Notes under the pieces: model-generated
What the model was told of the DNA's origin: nothing
Database searches by the model: none
The model's input: only the letters and a program-made list of their open reading frames with translations
Assembly: GCA_043228905.1 (NCBI GenBank)
Contig: JBHGNT010000001.1
Span: 18,600,001 to 18,664,000 of the forward strand
Length of the DNA stretch: 64,000 nt
Reading direction: 5' to 3'
Source of the DNA: Azolla caroliniana
Lineage: Eukaryota > Plantae > Polypodiophyta
Program-made: the position numbers and the translations under genes
In this document: piece by piece, positions 1-12,654 of the stretch
Layout: every line of letters begins with the position of its first letter
How positions within the stretch are numbered: position 1 is the stretch's first letter

Positions 1-1140
1 CTTTTTTAGGAAATTCTCAAAGTAGTAGTAAATCCTCTTTTTATGGGTTTTGTCCTCCTCAATAAGGGTTCCGAGGGTACCTATGTGATCCAAAGTTGTG
101 AACCTCTTTAGAAAGTCTACTTGTCTTCTTGAACGGTAGCCATTCCTTTCTACCCATATACCCAATTATTACTCTAGGAGTGAACCCTATAGTTTAGCCA
201 ATTAATGGCCAATCATGATTTTCCATTATTTCTCGGCCTTATGGGGTCTCCACTCTTGAATGGCACACTAGTATGTTCTGTCCAGTTACTCGGGAAACCA
301 TCTCACATAGCTCCATTAAGGATGTCTGCTATCAACAAGAGCAACATGTCACTGGCATAGATAAAGTGCCCAACTGCCAATCCTTGATGATCTTGCTGGG
401 CCTTTCAAAATTGTAAAGGATCCATGGTGTTTCTTACATTTTGTGAAGTAAAACAGATAGATTCACGTGGGCGTGTTATTTGGGTGGGGGAGTGAGGGCT
501 TTCTGGGGATAACATATAGTATCTTTGCATATTCATGCCACACCTCAGGGAAGGCCATTTATGTTGTTGGTTGCCTCTCAATTAAACATTTTCCATGCTC
601 TTTTACTTTATAGTCTTGGGAACAAATGATTTCAAATTTACCCAAATATGATATCTTCTTCCTTACGAGGTGTTGGAAGGTTTCTATTTCTTGTTTGCGT
701 GTACAAATTCCCCAAGTTACTTCGCCTTGCAATCATTTCCTTGTATCATGACATTCCTCATCATGCCAACTATTTTGTAGGACACTTTCAGGTGTAGATG
801 CAGTGCCAGTTGTGTGGAGAAAAGCCTTTGTGGCTGATTTATGCAATGACTTTGATAATCTTGTGTGACTTCTTCTAGGGGTGTGAAAGGATCCAAACCT
901 AGAATGCCATTGTATACTCCAAAACTATACACATCAACTATCTGCCGAGTAAATCGGTATTTTACTATATACATCCTTTGTGCATCCATCCTTCACCACA
1001 AAGGGTAGATATGTGTGATCTGCTACCAAGCTAGTAGGTCTACTAGGATTGTGCTTGCACCTCCTTTTGGGTTCCAACAAGTGAATGCATCTGATTAGGG
1101 CTATTTTGACAAACCATCATATATCATAAATCCATGTGCA
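1..1140 (-). mobile_element. Degenerate non-LTR retrotransposon (RTEX-like LINE): endonuclease C-terminus, linker and start of RT; runs off the window start
   Basis: Minus ORF 717..989 GLDPFTPLEEVTQ matches DLDPFTPLEEFTQ of the plus-strand LINE at ~13580. Near 1040-1140 the minus strand reads GSAHGFMIYDGLSK..AFTCWNPKGGASTI, resembling an AP-endonuclease C-terminus. Many stops and frameshifts. Confidence 0.85.
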
Positions 1141-1331
1141 CTTCCTGTTGGGAGTAAAGGGCCATCGTGCCTTTTATTAGTGCACGAGTGTGAATGCACT
1201 CGTAGCACATTTTTCACTTGTATATACATAACCATGTGCACTTCCTGTTGGGAGTAAAGGGCCATTGTGCCTTTTATTAGTGCACGAGTGTGAATGCACT
1301 CGTAGCACATTTTTCACTTGTATATACATAA
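1132..1331. repeat. 100-bp tandem duplication spanning the LINE/Copia junction
   Basis: ccatgtgcacttcctgttgggagtaaaggg...tatatacata occurs at 1132 and at 1232, nearly identical. Confidence 0.95.
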
Positions 1332-1443
1332 TATCTAAAAACCAAAAAAGTGGTACACTCTTTGTACCCAAGACAGCGTGTATCTCTGTCTCTCTCTCTC
1401 CCTCTTTGGTTGACCTAAACCCTAATCCTCGTGCTGCCCTTCA
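1246..1443 (+). repeat. 5' LTR of outer Copia
   Basis: TG...CA termini, preceded by the TSD and followed by the PBS. Confidence 0.85.
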
Positions 1444-1446
1444 AAC

Positions 1447-1458
1447 TGGTATCAGAGC
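1447..1458 (+). other. Primer-binding site (tRNA-iMet)
   Basis: TGGTATCAGAGC, 3 nt after the LTR end. Confidence 0.9.
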
Positions 1459-1622
1459 AGGGTTTAGGGTTTTTTGCAGAGCAAGTCTTTTTTTTTCTAC
1501 AGAGCAGATCACGTTTTTTTGCAGAACAAGTCTTTTTTTTTTTGCAGAGTAGGTCATGTTTTCTACAGAGCAAGTCCCTTTTCTGCAGAGCAGGTTTGGT
1601 CCTCCATTTGGGCTAAGAAATC

Positions 1623-1730
1623 ATGACTAACAGTAGTGACAGTAGCCACCTTATGCACATCAAGAAGCTTGACGGTGCACATAACTTTGCGGTATGGAAA
1701 AAGTAGTGCTACAACATCTTGTTGCAGAAG
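1623..1730 (+). pseudogene. Copia gag N-terminus (outer element)
   Basis: MTNSSDSSHLMHIKKLDGAHNFAVWKK*CYNILLQK; KLDG..NF..WK is the typical Copia gag start. Confidence 0.75.
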
Positions 1731-2680
1731 ATTACTTTATTGTTGAAATCCCCGTTGGTGACTTCGATATTTCGTTATGTAAGGAAATGCCTATAGCCAT
1801 AATGATGTTGAGTACGTAGGGCTTGGCCCACTTCATGTGAGGTCGCTCCTATGACACACATATCCAACATCCCTCCCTCATTACATGGATATGATGCCAC
1901 CATGAAATCATTCTTACGAGAGACATTCGTAATGACGTAACCATGTGATGGGCCACGTGGGCCTACTACGAAAAGAGGGCTCATTTGGCTTGACCATTAG
2001 GTTGCACTTTGGCGTATGCCATCGTAATTACGAGACTTGAGGTTAGGTAACGTACCAACATATTTTGTGGTAAACGAGGGGGAAATAAGGACTCTTGACA
2101 TATATGTTTCTTTTAAAAAAAACATATATTGCATATCTCTTATACGCATGAAATATTAAACATTTAAGAAGAGTAACCTACTTGGTTGGCTCAACTGTTT
2201 AATGTATTTGTTCTCGAGGTCTCGAGTTCAAATATGACCAAGACCATACAACATCGTTGATACATATGACTATAACACATGTTTAGACTTAAGGTCTAAG
2301 TGCACTTCGGGGTCCTCGTAATAAGACTTAAAGAGCCGAAACCACACATGTGGGCACCGAAACATAATTTATTGTTAACATTTTTTTCGTGTATAAACTA
2401 TTCATGGCGCGAACATATATGGTTGAGCCTCGGGGAGCTGCCATGAAAAAATCGATATAGAGATCAGGGAAAGACATTTACTTGTCACCCCCATGGTTTT
2501 TAAAACACCTTTGTGTTACTATAGTAACCTGATCTTGAACCTCATCTCATACGTCTAGAGGGGTATTGACGCGAGATCATGATATTGATTAATGTTTGCC
2601 CATGATATGTTTACATCACGACATGATGTTATGACCATCTCTCTGACCTTATTCTAATTTTTTCCAAAAATAATCATTTA

Positions 2681-5247
2681 ATGGCTCAAAATAACGACCC
2701 GATGTCATCCGCTCAAGCGGAAGGAACTCAAGGGAATCCTCTTGGACAAATGTCCATTGAGATGTATTTTTCGCAAATAAGCCAATACCTTAGTTTCACC
2801 GCTCAACAGATGACCGAAATTCGGCAATCTCAAAGTGCTCTCGAGGCACGTGTCATTAGTTTACAACGTGAGACTAATAGACCTGATGAGTGACAAGGTG
2901 AACCATTGTTTGTCGTTAAGCCATTTACGGGAAGAAAAAAAGAAAGAATTGAAGAAGCAATCTGCACGTGGTTGGGCCGATGGGAGTCTCATTTTGAGCT
3001 CTATCCCATGCCAGATGGTACGAATATTGCATATGTCGGCCGAGAATTAGGGGGTAAGGCTGCCGCCTGGTGGCGAGGGCTCCAAACTTTGGGGAAATTG
3101 CCTGATACTTGGACAGATTTTGTCACAGTTTTTAAGGGCCAATTTCTACAACCTCCCTCTCGAACCGAGGCAGCTCAAGCTTTAATGAACCTCTCTAGCA
3201 GGAAGTTTTCCTCGCTAGAAGACTATGTCCACCATGCTAGAACCCAAATCCAAAAATCAGGTCTAGAAGGGGACAATTGGTTAATAGCTTGTTTTGTCAA
3301 TGGCATCCCGAATTCGGACTATCACTGGATAGTGCACGATAAGGATCCAAAATCCTTCGAAGAGGCCGTTGAAATAGTTCTTCGCTATCAACGCACTTCG
3401 AAGGACCACAACGAACCCAATGAAGCGCCCGGGACTAAGCAATTGCAATTCGCTGGGAAACGCGACACCCAACGAATTCATCGATCGTGATTGTAAGCGA
3501 CAACATCCTTTTTGCGTATTCTGCAAAAAGAAGGGTCATACAAAAGAGCAAGGTCGAAAGCTCCAACGGAAAGAGCACGACAACAAAGCTAAAGTTGTAG
3601 ACCATAAAGGTCAGATTCCTAATGTCCTTCAGGTCTATATACATCATTTAATTAATTGTCAATGTTCTTTCCCTCAATATGTATTGTTGGGTCCCAATGA
3701 TTTACTACGTGCAAACGGGTATATCAATGTATCTACCGTACAATTTTTGTTTGATTCGGGAAACTTACACAACTTTGTGAATGATCGTTTGGTTCAGATA
3801 TTAGGAATCCAACCCACCGTAAGTCATCACACCTATACGGTGCACTTGGTTGATGGAAGAGTACAATGCATCAATGGGGCAATTCATTCATTAGGAATTT
3901 CTATTGATACTTATCTAGAGGAAGTGGACTTCCATGTAATGAATTCTTTTTGAATGCCATGATGCACCCTCAGCAGGGCACCTTGGAATACATCGCACAC
4001 TCGTTCTCATCTCCACTCAATTCTATTGGCCTAAGATGCGCCCTGACATATATAGCTATGTGACTAAATGTTACCAATGTTAGGTTAACAAAGCCGAGCG
4101 ACTTAAAGTCGGAGGACTTTTACATCCCTTAGACATTCCCAATAATAAGTGGGAAAGTATATCCATGGATTTTATTGTTAGCCTTCCTCGCACCCAAAAA
4201 GGTCATGATGCCATCTGGGTTGTGGTTGATAGACTAACCAAAATGGCCAGATTTATTACTATTAAAACCACGGTAACAGCTCCTGAATTGGCTTACCAAT
4301 TCGTTGACGAGTTATTTCATTTTTATCGGTTACCGATGGATATCGTGAGTGATCGAGATCCAAAGTTTACTAGTGACTTTTGGACGCAAGTCTTTAAGAA
4401 GTTAGAAACTATGTTGAGCATGAGTTCCACTGATCATCCTCAATCTGATGGACAGATAGAACGAGTAAATCAAATTATTGAGGACATGCTTCGAGCATAT
4501 GTTGGTGCAAAACCAATAAAATGGGAACGTTATCTCCCAATTTTGGAGTTTGCTTATAATAGCTCCAAGCATACATCGACGGGATATAGTCCTTTTATGT
4601 TGATGTATGGTTTTCAGCCACGAGCCCCGATTGATGTTAATATACGTCATGATGAGTTGTGAAGTACGCAAAACTTTCTTTGGGATATGCAAGATATGTT
4701 GCATATTGCACGAGATAATATAAAAATAGCTCAAGATAAAGTGTGTTTTTATGCCGATCATCATAGGCAACCTCGTGTATTCAACCCTGGACAGAAGGTA
4801 TTTTTAGGTGTACCTCACAATTCTAAGACATTGTTTAAGGGTAAGTGCTCTAAGTTAGCCCCATGGTTTTGTGGACCTTTTACAGTCCTCAAACGCATTG
4901 GGTCATCGGCCTACCGTCTCGCTCTTCCCGATAGTGTTGAAATTCATCCAGTTTTTCATGTGAGTCGTTTAAAAGAACTTCTAGGTTCTGGCGACAATAC
5001 AGTTACAACTGAAACTCTGGTTACTTCTAAAGAATTATCTTCTAAACCACATGTACCAGAAAGAATTCTCGATGTTAAAACAAAAAAATTACGTACTAAA
5101 GAAATTCGAGAATTTAAAATAAAATGGATGAATAAATTAATAAAAGATGCCACATGGGAACACGAAAATACTCTCAGAACTAACTTCCCTAACTTTCCAT
5201 TGCAAGAGTGCAATGTTTTAAAGAGGGGGAGTATGTTACGGGCATGA
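2681..5247 (+). pseudogene. Gypsy gag-protease-(RT/RH deleted)-integrase-chromodomain
   Basis: ORFs 2681, 2906, 3420, 4165 and 4687 carry the named motifs. Protease joins the integrase H2C2 domain directly at ~3945. Confidence 0.88.
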
Positions 5248-5690
5248 CCATATAATATCCCGTGGTTAGAATTTACCGTAGTATTCTATATACATAGATA
5301 AATGTGAGGGTTAAACGAGAGTGTAAAGAAGGGGAGGATTACTTTTAATCCTCGGGATTGAGACAACCCATTAGGCCAAGTGTGAACATGGTTGGGGGCC
5401 TTGGGTATCGCTATAAATAAGAGGCCTAGCTACCCTCATTTGATCATCTTGTTGACTACGTCGAGACTTAATTGTGGTGGGTCAACTCTTGTAGCGAGCG
5501 CGCCAGCACTAGGTACGACTCGACGCCACGACGGTGGTATGGGACGCCGATCGAGGCTCGAGTCCGTCTCGATCCCTTCACTCAAGGGTGGTCGGGTGGA
5601 TCGGCACCCTTCTTTCTCTCTCTCCTTCCTATCTATCTAGATCTATATTCTATCCTTATCTAATGCTTACATTAGTTTATGTCTCTAACA
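5234..5690 (+). repeat. 3' LTR of chromovirus
   Basis: Starts TGTTAC right after the PPT, contains TATAAAT, and ends CTAACA where the Copia gag resumes. Confidence 0.8.
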
Positions 5691-5696
5691 TAGAAG

Positions 5697-7570
5697 ATGG
5701 TAGCTAGCAAAGTTTATTGGCTTAAGGAACTTATGGATTTGCGCATGACAGAGGGCACACCCATGTCCACTCTCCTGAGTGAGTTCAATTCCATTTTCAG
5801 CCAGCTGGTTACCTTGAAATTCATCATTGATGATGAGTTTAAGGCCACGTTTTTATTTTGCACCTTGCCAGAAAGTTGGGATACTTTCAGGACTGCTATG
5901 AACAATTCAAATGCGATGCTTCTTTATGCCGATGTAGAGAGTTCTCTACTCTTGGAAGAGATGAGTCTTGCAAAACAATGCATCAACTAAGTCTAGTGCG
6001 TTGCATACAAGGGGTAGGTCACAACAGAGAGGCAAATCTGATAGTTATGGCCGTAGTAAATCATGTGGTAAAAATGTAGAATGCCATCATTGTGGCAAAA
6101 AGGGTCACTTTAAACGTGATTGTTTCAAATGGAAGAAAGAGAAAGGAAAGGGCAAGAAGATAGATGATTGCATAGAAGAAAAGAGAGACATTCAACCAAG
6201 GAAAGACAATACTAAAATTGAAGAGGTGAATGTAGTCATGCATGACAGTGATAGTGGAAATGATGTACTCTTTGTCTCTTCATGCCATAGAAAACATGCT
6301 TTACTTGCAAATATGGATGGTGACATGCACACTTGGATACTCGATTTCGGTGCTTCTTTTCACGTCACCCCTCATCGTGAGTGGTTTTCAGATTACACAG
6401 GGGTTCGACATGGTGTTGTCCATCTTGGGGACAACTATGCATGTGAAATTGCAAGTATTGGCACTCTGCAATTACAGTTTCAGCATGCTTTTGCTTTCAC
6501 ACTTCAGCATGTACGACATGTACCTCAGCTCAAGAAGAGCTTGATTAGCACAGGACAGCTAGATGACGATGGATTTCACACCACCTTTGGTGAAGGGAAA
6601 TGGAAGATTTGTAAGGGATCTAGAGTTATTGCCAAGGGTAGTAAAAGTGATACTTTGTATCCTCTCCATGTATCTAGTGTGAGCGACCATGTTGTTGCCA
6701 TAACCGAGAAGCCAAGTGTTTCTTTGTGGCATGGCTGGTTGGGACACATGAGTGAAACTGGAATGAAAGTACTTTCTCGTTTGGGTTACTTGCCATGTCT
6801 TTGTTATGCTGATTTCGAACATTGTGATCATTGCATTTATGGTAAACATGTACAAACATCTCATAAAAAGTCTCTTTCGCTGAAGTCTTCCCTGCTTGAG
6901 TTAGTACATTCAGATGTATGTCAGATGCCAAGGCTATCATTAGGGGGAAAGATACTTAGTCACTTTTGTCGATGAAGCTACACGGAAGGTATGGATTTAC
7001 TCTATTCGTAGCAAGGATGAAGTGCTCGACAAGTTTCGAACATTCTTGGCATTATTTGAGAATCAAATTGATAAGACACTTGTGTCTTCACTCTGACAAT
7101 GGTGGGGAATATGTGTCCAAGGTTTTTCAATCATTTTGTGATAGCAAAGGGATAAAGAGGGAACTCACTGCCCCTTATAATCCACCCCAAAATGGAGTTA
7201 CAGAGCGTATGAATCGGACTATTCAAGATAAGGTCCGTACTATGCTGTCTCATGCTGCGTTACCCCATGGTTTTAATCGGTCACCTAACAGGTCTTTGGG
7301 AGGGGGAATACCCCAAGAAGCATGGTCAGGCAAGCCACCTTCATATGCTCACTTGAGAGTGTTTGGCTGTGAGGCCTTTGGGCACATTCGTAAAGAAGAA
7401 TGCAACAAACATGAGCCAAAGTCCTGCAAATGTATTTTTCTAGGATACGGGGACGAGGGTGAAATGGGGTATAGATTGTGGGATCCCGAGAAAAGAAAAA
7501 TAGTATGCAGCAATGATGTTATCTTCCAAGAAAATCGCATGCATAAACAACCTGAAAAGACTGAGGAAGT
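5697..7570 (+). pseudogene. Copia gag-protease-integrase of outer element (Tnt1/Tork-like motifs)
   Basis: LPESW gag motif; CHHCGKKGHFKRDC; WILDFGASFH; LWHGWLGH; SDNGGEY; PQNGVTERMNRT; GYGDEGEMGYRLWDP. Frameshifted. Confidence 0.92.
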
Positions 7571-7849
7571 ATTGTTGGAGGGTGGCAACTCCAGACCTGC
7601 ACTCGCTTTCATCTTTATTATCTCTGGACTACATTCTCTCTTTTCCCGGACTCTTCTCTCTCTAGAATCTACAACTCTTTAAATGCCTTCTCTCTCTAGA
7701 ATCTGCAACGCTTTAAATGCCTTTAAATGTCTGAACTACGAGAGGTCAAGCCAGCGTCATTGGGATGAATGAAAAGAATGCCAATGGATGGTCATGGATA
7801 TCAATGTTTGTCTCAACGTTTAGGGTTTAGGCTTTGTCTTTGTCTTTGC

Positions 7850-8015
7850 GTTTACTGCAATGTCTGCCCTGTGTGTTCTTTGCAATGTCTAATCCTCTGC
7901 GTTTTCTGCAATGTCTGTCCTCTATGTTTTCTGCAATGCTTAATCCTTTGCGTTTTCTGCCAAATCTGATTCCCTGTATCTTCTGCCAAATCTGTACCTC
8001 TATGCTTTCTGCCCA
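7850..8015. repeat. Degenerate ~21/42-bp tandem repeats in LINE 5'UTR
   Basis: Recurrent ttctgcaatgtct / tttgcgttttctgc units. Confidence 0.7.
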
Positions 8016-8699
8016 ATAGAAATTTCTAGAATCTATATTGTTCTTTCTGCCCTCAACATCTCCTATACTTGCTGTCCTAAGCACCATGGAGTCTGAATGG
8101 ACCGAAAATGAAAAGATGGATCTTAACAAGCATGACGAGGGTCCGGATCCATGGAAGACCCCAAGAAGATATCATAGACGAAAAGGAAGGGATGGAAGCA
8201 CCCCAAATAGTGTTAGAAAGGTGCACAAGGCACCTAGAATGCAGGCCCCATTCAACATTCCATTTGATGTCGAAAATGGGAAACATGATTTATTACGCCA
8301 TTTGATTGCGCAAGAGATCAATCTTATTAGAGAGGATATAGAAATAGCACTAAAAGAAGAAATGAAAAAAGAGAGAGAAACAGAAAACAGAGTTTTATGC
8401 CTCTCTCAAGACTGAGTTATTAGAAGAGATGCGGAAAGACATAATAAACCATGTGAAGAAATCACACTTAGAGCTCAAGGATGACATGACACAATACCTT
8501 AAGGATGAAATATCCTCAAGGAAGGTTGAGTTAGGAGCTATAAAAGTGGATTTAGAAAAAGGACAAGAAGTAGTGGAAAGATGCATCTCTACAGTGAAAG
8601 CCAATGTCACTAAGGAAATGCAAACATGGGCAGACATGGCCAAAGATGCCAAAGCTCAAGCTAAGCATGCCCAAAACGAAATTAATGTTGACATATTTT

Positions 8700-8810
8700 G
8701 GTAGTGATGTGTGTGAACACATTTAGGACAATAATGTGTGAACACAATTAGGACAATGATGTGTGTGAACACAGTTAGGACAGTAATGTGTGTGAACACA
8801 CTTAGGACTA
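8700..8810. repeat. Four ~27-bp tandem repeats in LTR U3 (also 12053-12160)
   Basis: Units of tgatgtgtgtgaacacanttaggaca in both LTRs. Confidence 0.9.
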
Positions 8811-8844
8811 CAGGGGCACTTTTTCCCTCTTTCACCGAAAACAA

Positions 8845-11800
8845 TTGGAGAGCAAGCACATGAATGAAGGTGATTCTATGGACAGTTTTCTTACAAAAAT
8901 CAAAGATTTGAAGGAACAATTAATTTCTGCTGATGAAATGATATTAGATAGTTCACTTGTGCAGACCATTCTAAATGGTCTTCCTGATTCATATCAGAGT
9001 TTTGCTTTTACTCTTCGTTTAATGATGAAAGGCAATCCCAATGCCTTATCATTCGAGGAGCTAGTCTCTGTTTTGTTACAGGAAGATCAGTCTAGGCAAA
9101 ATAGGTCTATTATGCATGTTGTAGATCAAGCTTTCCTAGCTAGTCAGAAGGGCAAAGGTAAATGGAACTCTTTTGCTAGCAAGCAAAGATTTGCTAATAA
9201 TTCACAAGTGAATGAAAAAAAACAAGAGCAGAAACAAAAACTATTTTGCAAATATTGTAAAGGAATTGATCATATTACAAAGAACTATCCAAAATTGGCT
9301 GCAAAAGAGGTAAAGAAAAAAGAGGCAGGACTCGTTGTTGCAGAAGTCTCTACACCAAAAACAGAGTCTGCAAATCTTGTGCAGAATGAAGAATGGGCAT
9401 TTACTATTGTTTGCAGTTTTGACCCATCTTCACTTGAACAATGCATGTCTGTTGTACAATCAGATGTTTGGTACTTCGACAGTGGGGCAACCAAACATAT
9501 TACCTCGCAGCGCAATTTCTTCACTTCATTGGAGCCTGCCCCTATAGGGAATACTGTCACATGCGCCAACAACTCATCTTATCCAGTTATGGGTGTTGGT
9601 AAGATCATTTTGACTACTACTGATGGTAGTCCTTTCATCTTGTCAGATGCTTTGTTTGTGCCAAGGATCAGGAAAAATTTGTTGTCAGTTTCAGCATTAG
9701 CCAAGGTTGGCTTGGTTGTTAAATTTGTTGATGACAGGTGTACAGTTCATGATTTGTCCAACGGGGATGTTATCATTGCTTCTAGCATTTTATGTCGTGG
9801 GCTGTATAAGCTCATATATTATGAAAGATCTATAAATGATTCAGCCTCTGCAATACAAGATTCTCAGGCTATTTCAGATGCAAAGATTTGGCATGCACGC
9901 TTGGGTCATCTAAATTTTGCAAGTTTGCTTCACCTACAGAAATCTGAAATGGTGTCCTCCTTGCCCAAACTTGAGGCACCTCAAAAGCATGTTTGTGAAG
10001 GCTGCATTTTGGGCAAAATGCACCGTTCATCCTTTCCAAAAGATGGTTCAGTTCGAGTTACGCAAAAATTGCAGCTTGTTCATAGCGATGTCTGTGGTCT
10101 TATACAGACACATTCTCTTGGGAACTATCTTTATTTTGTGACTTTCATTGATGACTTTTCTAGGCATGCATGGGTATATCCATTGAAGGCAAAGTCCGAA
10201 GTGTTTCTGTGCTTCAAACAATTTCTAGCTTTGGCTGAGAATTTGTCATCATGTAAAATGGGCACCCTGCATTCTGATCGAGGGGGGGAGTATATGTCTT
10301 CTGAGTTTAATGCATTTTTGGCTGAACGTGGGATAAAACATCAGTGCACAGTGCCCATATACACCTCCACAAAATGGAGTTGCTGAAAGAAAGAACCCAA
10401 CAGTGGTATCAGATTGTTATGCAATGGCTGCCTCTAGTCTTTGCAATGAGAATGAGCCTGTTTCTTTTGATGAAGCAAAAAATTCAAAATTTTGGATGGC
10501 TGCTATGCAATCAGAATATGATGCTATTATGAAGACTGGTACATGGTCTTTATGTGACTTGCCTCCAGAAGGCTATTGGCACTAAGTGGGTATATAAGCT
10601 AAAGCGTAAACCTGATGGAACAATTGATAGGTATAAGGCTAGGCTTGTTGCGAAAGGTTATGCCCAAGAAAAAGGCATTGATTTTGATGAGACCTTTGCT
10701 CCCACTTGCCGTATGACTACTGTTCGTAGCATCTGTGCAACTGCAGCTCATCGTGGTTGGAATGTACATCAGTTGACATTAAAACAACATTTCTAAATGG
10801 TGATCTTCATGAGGAAGTGTATGTATCCCAGCCCTGTGGTTTTGTGCAAAAAGGGCATGAACACAAAGTGTGCAAGTTGCGAAAGGCATTATATGGCTTG
10901 AAGCAAGCACCGCGTTCTTGGTATGAAAAGATACATGCCTATTTGATTGCATTTGGGTTTGAGAATAGTCCAACTGAAAGCACCTTATATGTTAAGCGTG
11001 CTGATGATGCATTTCTGATCATGGTTGTGTATATCGATGATATGTTGCCCACTGGTCCCAATGAGAAGCATATTGCTGACTTTATGGCTGATTTGCATGC
11101 CTCCTTTGAGATTTCAGATTTGGAGCATTTGTATCATTATTTGGGCATTCAATTCATGCAAGTTGATGGTGGGATGCAAGTTGACACATTATTACAGCGT
11201 TTTGGCCTTGAAGACTGTAAACCTATTGCCACTCCCATGGAGACAGGTTTACATTTGAGCCTTCATGATGCTGGAGATGCATTTGATGCTGTTCTCTATC
11301 AGCAGGCAGTTGGATGCTTGATTTACTTATGCATAACCTGACCTGACATTCAGTTTGCTGCCTCTCAGATGAGCAGGTTTATGCATTGCCCAGGAGTTAA
11401 GCATTGGCAGGTAGTTAAGCGCATCTTTCGCTACTTGAGTGGTACCCGGTCACTTGGGTTGTTTTATCCCAAGGGGGGATCACTACCGCCAGACCTGCAT
11501 GCTTTTTCGGACTTTGATTGGGCTGGTTGTTATGACACTCGTGTGTCCACAAGTGGTTTTTGCTTCATGCTTGGTAGCTCATGCATATCTTGGTTGAGCA
11601 AGAAGCAGCCTATTGTGGCCACTTCTAGTTGTGAGGCTGAGTATAGGGCAGCTTTCATAGCTACAGTTGAGTGTGTGTGGCTCAGACGCCTTTTACCTGA
11701 TTTGGGTGTTGGTCAGTCTTCTGCCACCACCATCTTCACTAACAGTCAAAGCACAATTGCAGTTGCGAGGAACCCTGTGTTCCATGCTCACACTAAGCAC

Positions 11801-11974
11801 ATTGAGGTGCATTATCACTATGTTAGGGAAAGGTTCTCTACTGGAGAGATCAGCTTGGCTTATGTGCCCACGCAGGAGAACATTGCAGACCTCTTCACAA
11901 AGGCTCTGCCTAGGGAGAAGTTTGAAGCTTTCCGCAAAGCTTTAGGCTTTGTGGATTCATCTCTATCCACATAG
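8845..11974 (+). pseudogene. Copia gag-pol (gag, PR, IN, RT, RNase H)
   Basis: WYFDSGATKH; WHARLGH; HSDRGGEY; [10 protein letters not shown]; VYIDD; FSDFDWAG; [12 protein letters not shown]; ADLFTKAL. The integrase C-terminus is deleted at ~10400. Confidence 0.95.
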
Positions 11975-12037
11975 CTTGACACTTGTTTAACCATGAGTGT
12001 CGGCTCCTTGTTCACTGCATCACTCCCAAGGGGGATT

Positions 12038-12250
12038 TGTTGACATATTTTGGTAGTGATGTGTGTGAACACATTTAGGACAATAATGTGTGAACACACT
12101 TAGGACAGTGATGTGTGTGAACACACTTAGGACAGTAATGTGTGTGAACACACTTAGGACTACAGGGGCACTTTTTCCCTCTTTAGGAGGTTTTTTCCTC
12201 CTGTCTAAAAAATACTCTTGTAACCCTAAAGTGGAGTAGTGAACCCAACA
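12038..12250 (+). repeat. 3' LTR of nested Copia
   Basis: TG...CA, after the PPT and before the TSD. Confidence 0.93.
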
Positions 12251-12654
12251 ATTAAAGCAAATGCTCCTTGGATAGAGGTAGTGAAAAAGCAAAAAGGAAC
12301 ATCCATGGATAGGACGGCAATGATGAATGCTACATTAGAAGAAGAAGCCAAGAGGGAAGCTCGTGCGTTGCATGTATGAGTGGTTGGTTGGGCCGAAAAA
12401 GGAAGTCCACAAGAAGATGCCAAGAATCTCTGAACAAAGATTGGAGCATCAGATATTCCTTTTGCTTCGGCGTGGAGGGTGGGAAGAGATGAGTCTAGAG
12501 CTAAAGCCCTTATCATCCGCTTCATGGATATTGACAAGAAAAAGCTTTCCTCTCTAAAAGTAAGGAAGGAAAATGGGCCGTATATAGAGATTAAGAAACA
12601 TGCCACGAGTGCTTGATGCAAGAAAGGAAAATGGGCCGTATATAGAGATTAAGA

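Larger units (their letters stand above)
1742..5690 (+). mobile_element. Ty3/Gypsy chromovirus lacking the 5' LTR and RT/RNase H
   Basis: gag (2681-3490), zinc knuckle CVFCKKKGH, protease LFDSG, integrase (ECHDAPSAGH; MDFIVSLP; SDRDPKF; GPF motif), chromodomain PERILD...KIKW...ATWE. PPT aagagggggag, then LTR 5234-5690. The 5' boundary is approximate. Confidence 0.88.
8686..12250 (+). mobile_element. Ty1/Copia element nested in LINE ORF1
   Basis: LTRs start TGTTGACATA at 8686 and 12038; the 3' LTR ends CCAACA at 12250. TSD ATTAA at 8681-8685 and 12251-12255. PPT aaggggga. The 5' LTR is truncated at ~8832 by a deletion into gag. Confidence 0.95.
8086..12650 (+). pseudogene. LINE ORF1 (coiled coil plus RRM-like), split by the Copia at 8686-12250
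   Basis: MESEWTENEK...coiled coil...AKHAQNEI | KANAPWIEVVKK...EEEAKREARALHV*VVGW...KALIIRFMDIDKKKAFLSK. The frame continues across the TSD. Confidence 0.75.

Noticed and set aside
1416-1425. aaaccctaa telomere-like motif
   Set aside because: A single telo-box inside an LTR, not an interstitial telomeric array.
7573-7600. TGTTGG start suggesting another LTR
   Set aside because: No second copy, PBS or PPT; it leads into LINE ORF1, so it is interpreted as the LINE 5'UTR.
8700-8810. Regular short repeats resembling a CRISPR array
   Set aside because: No unique spacers; the repeats lie inside both LTRs of a Copia; eukaryotic context with no cas genes.
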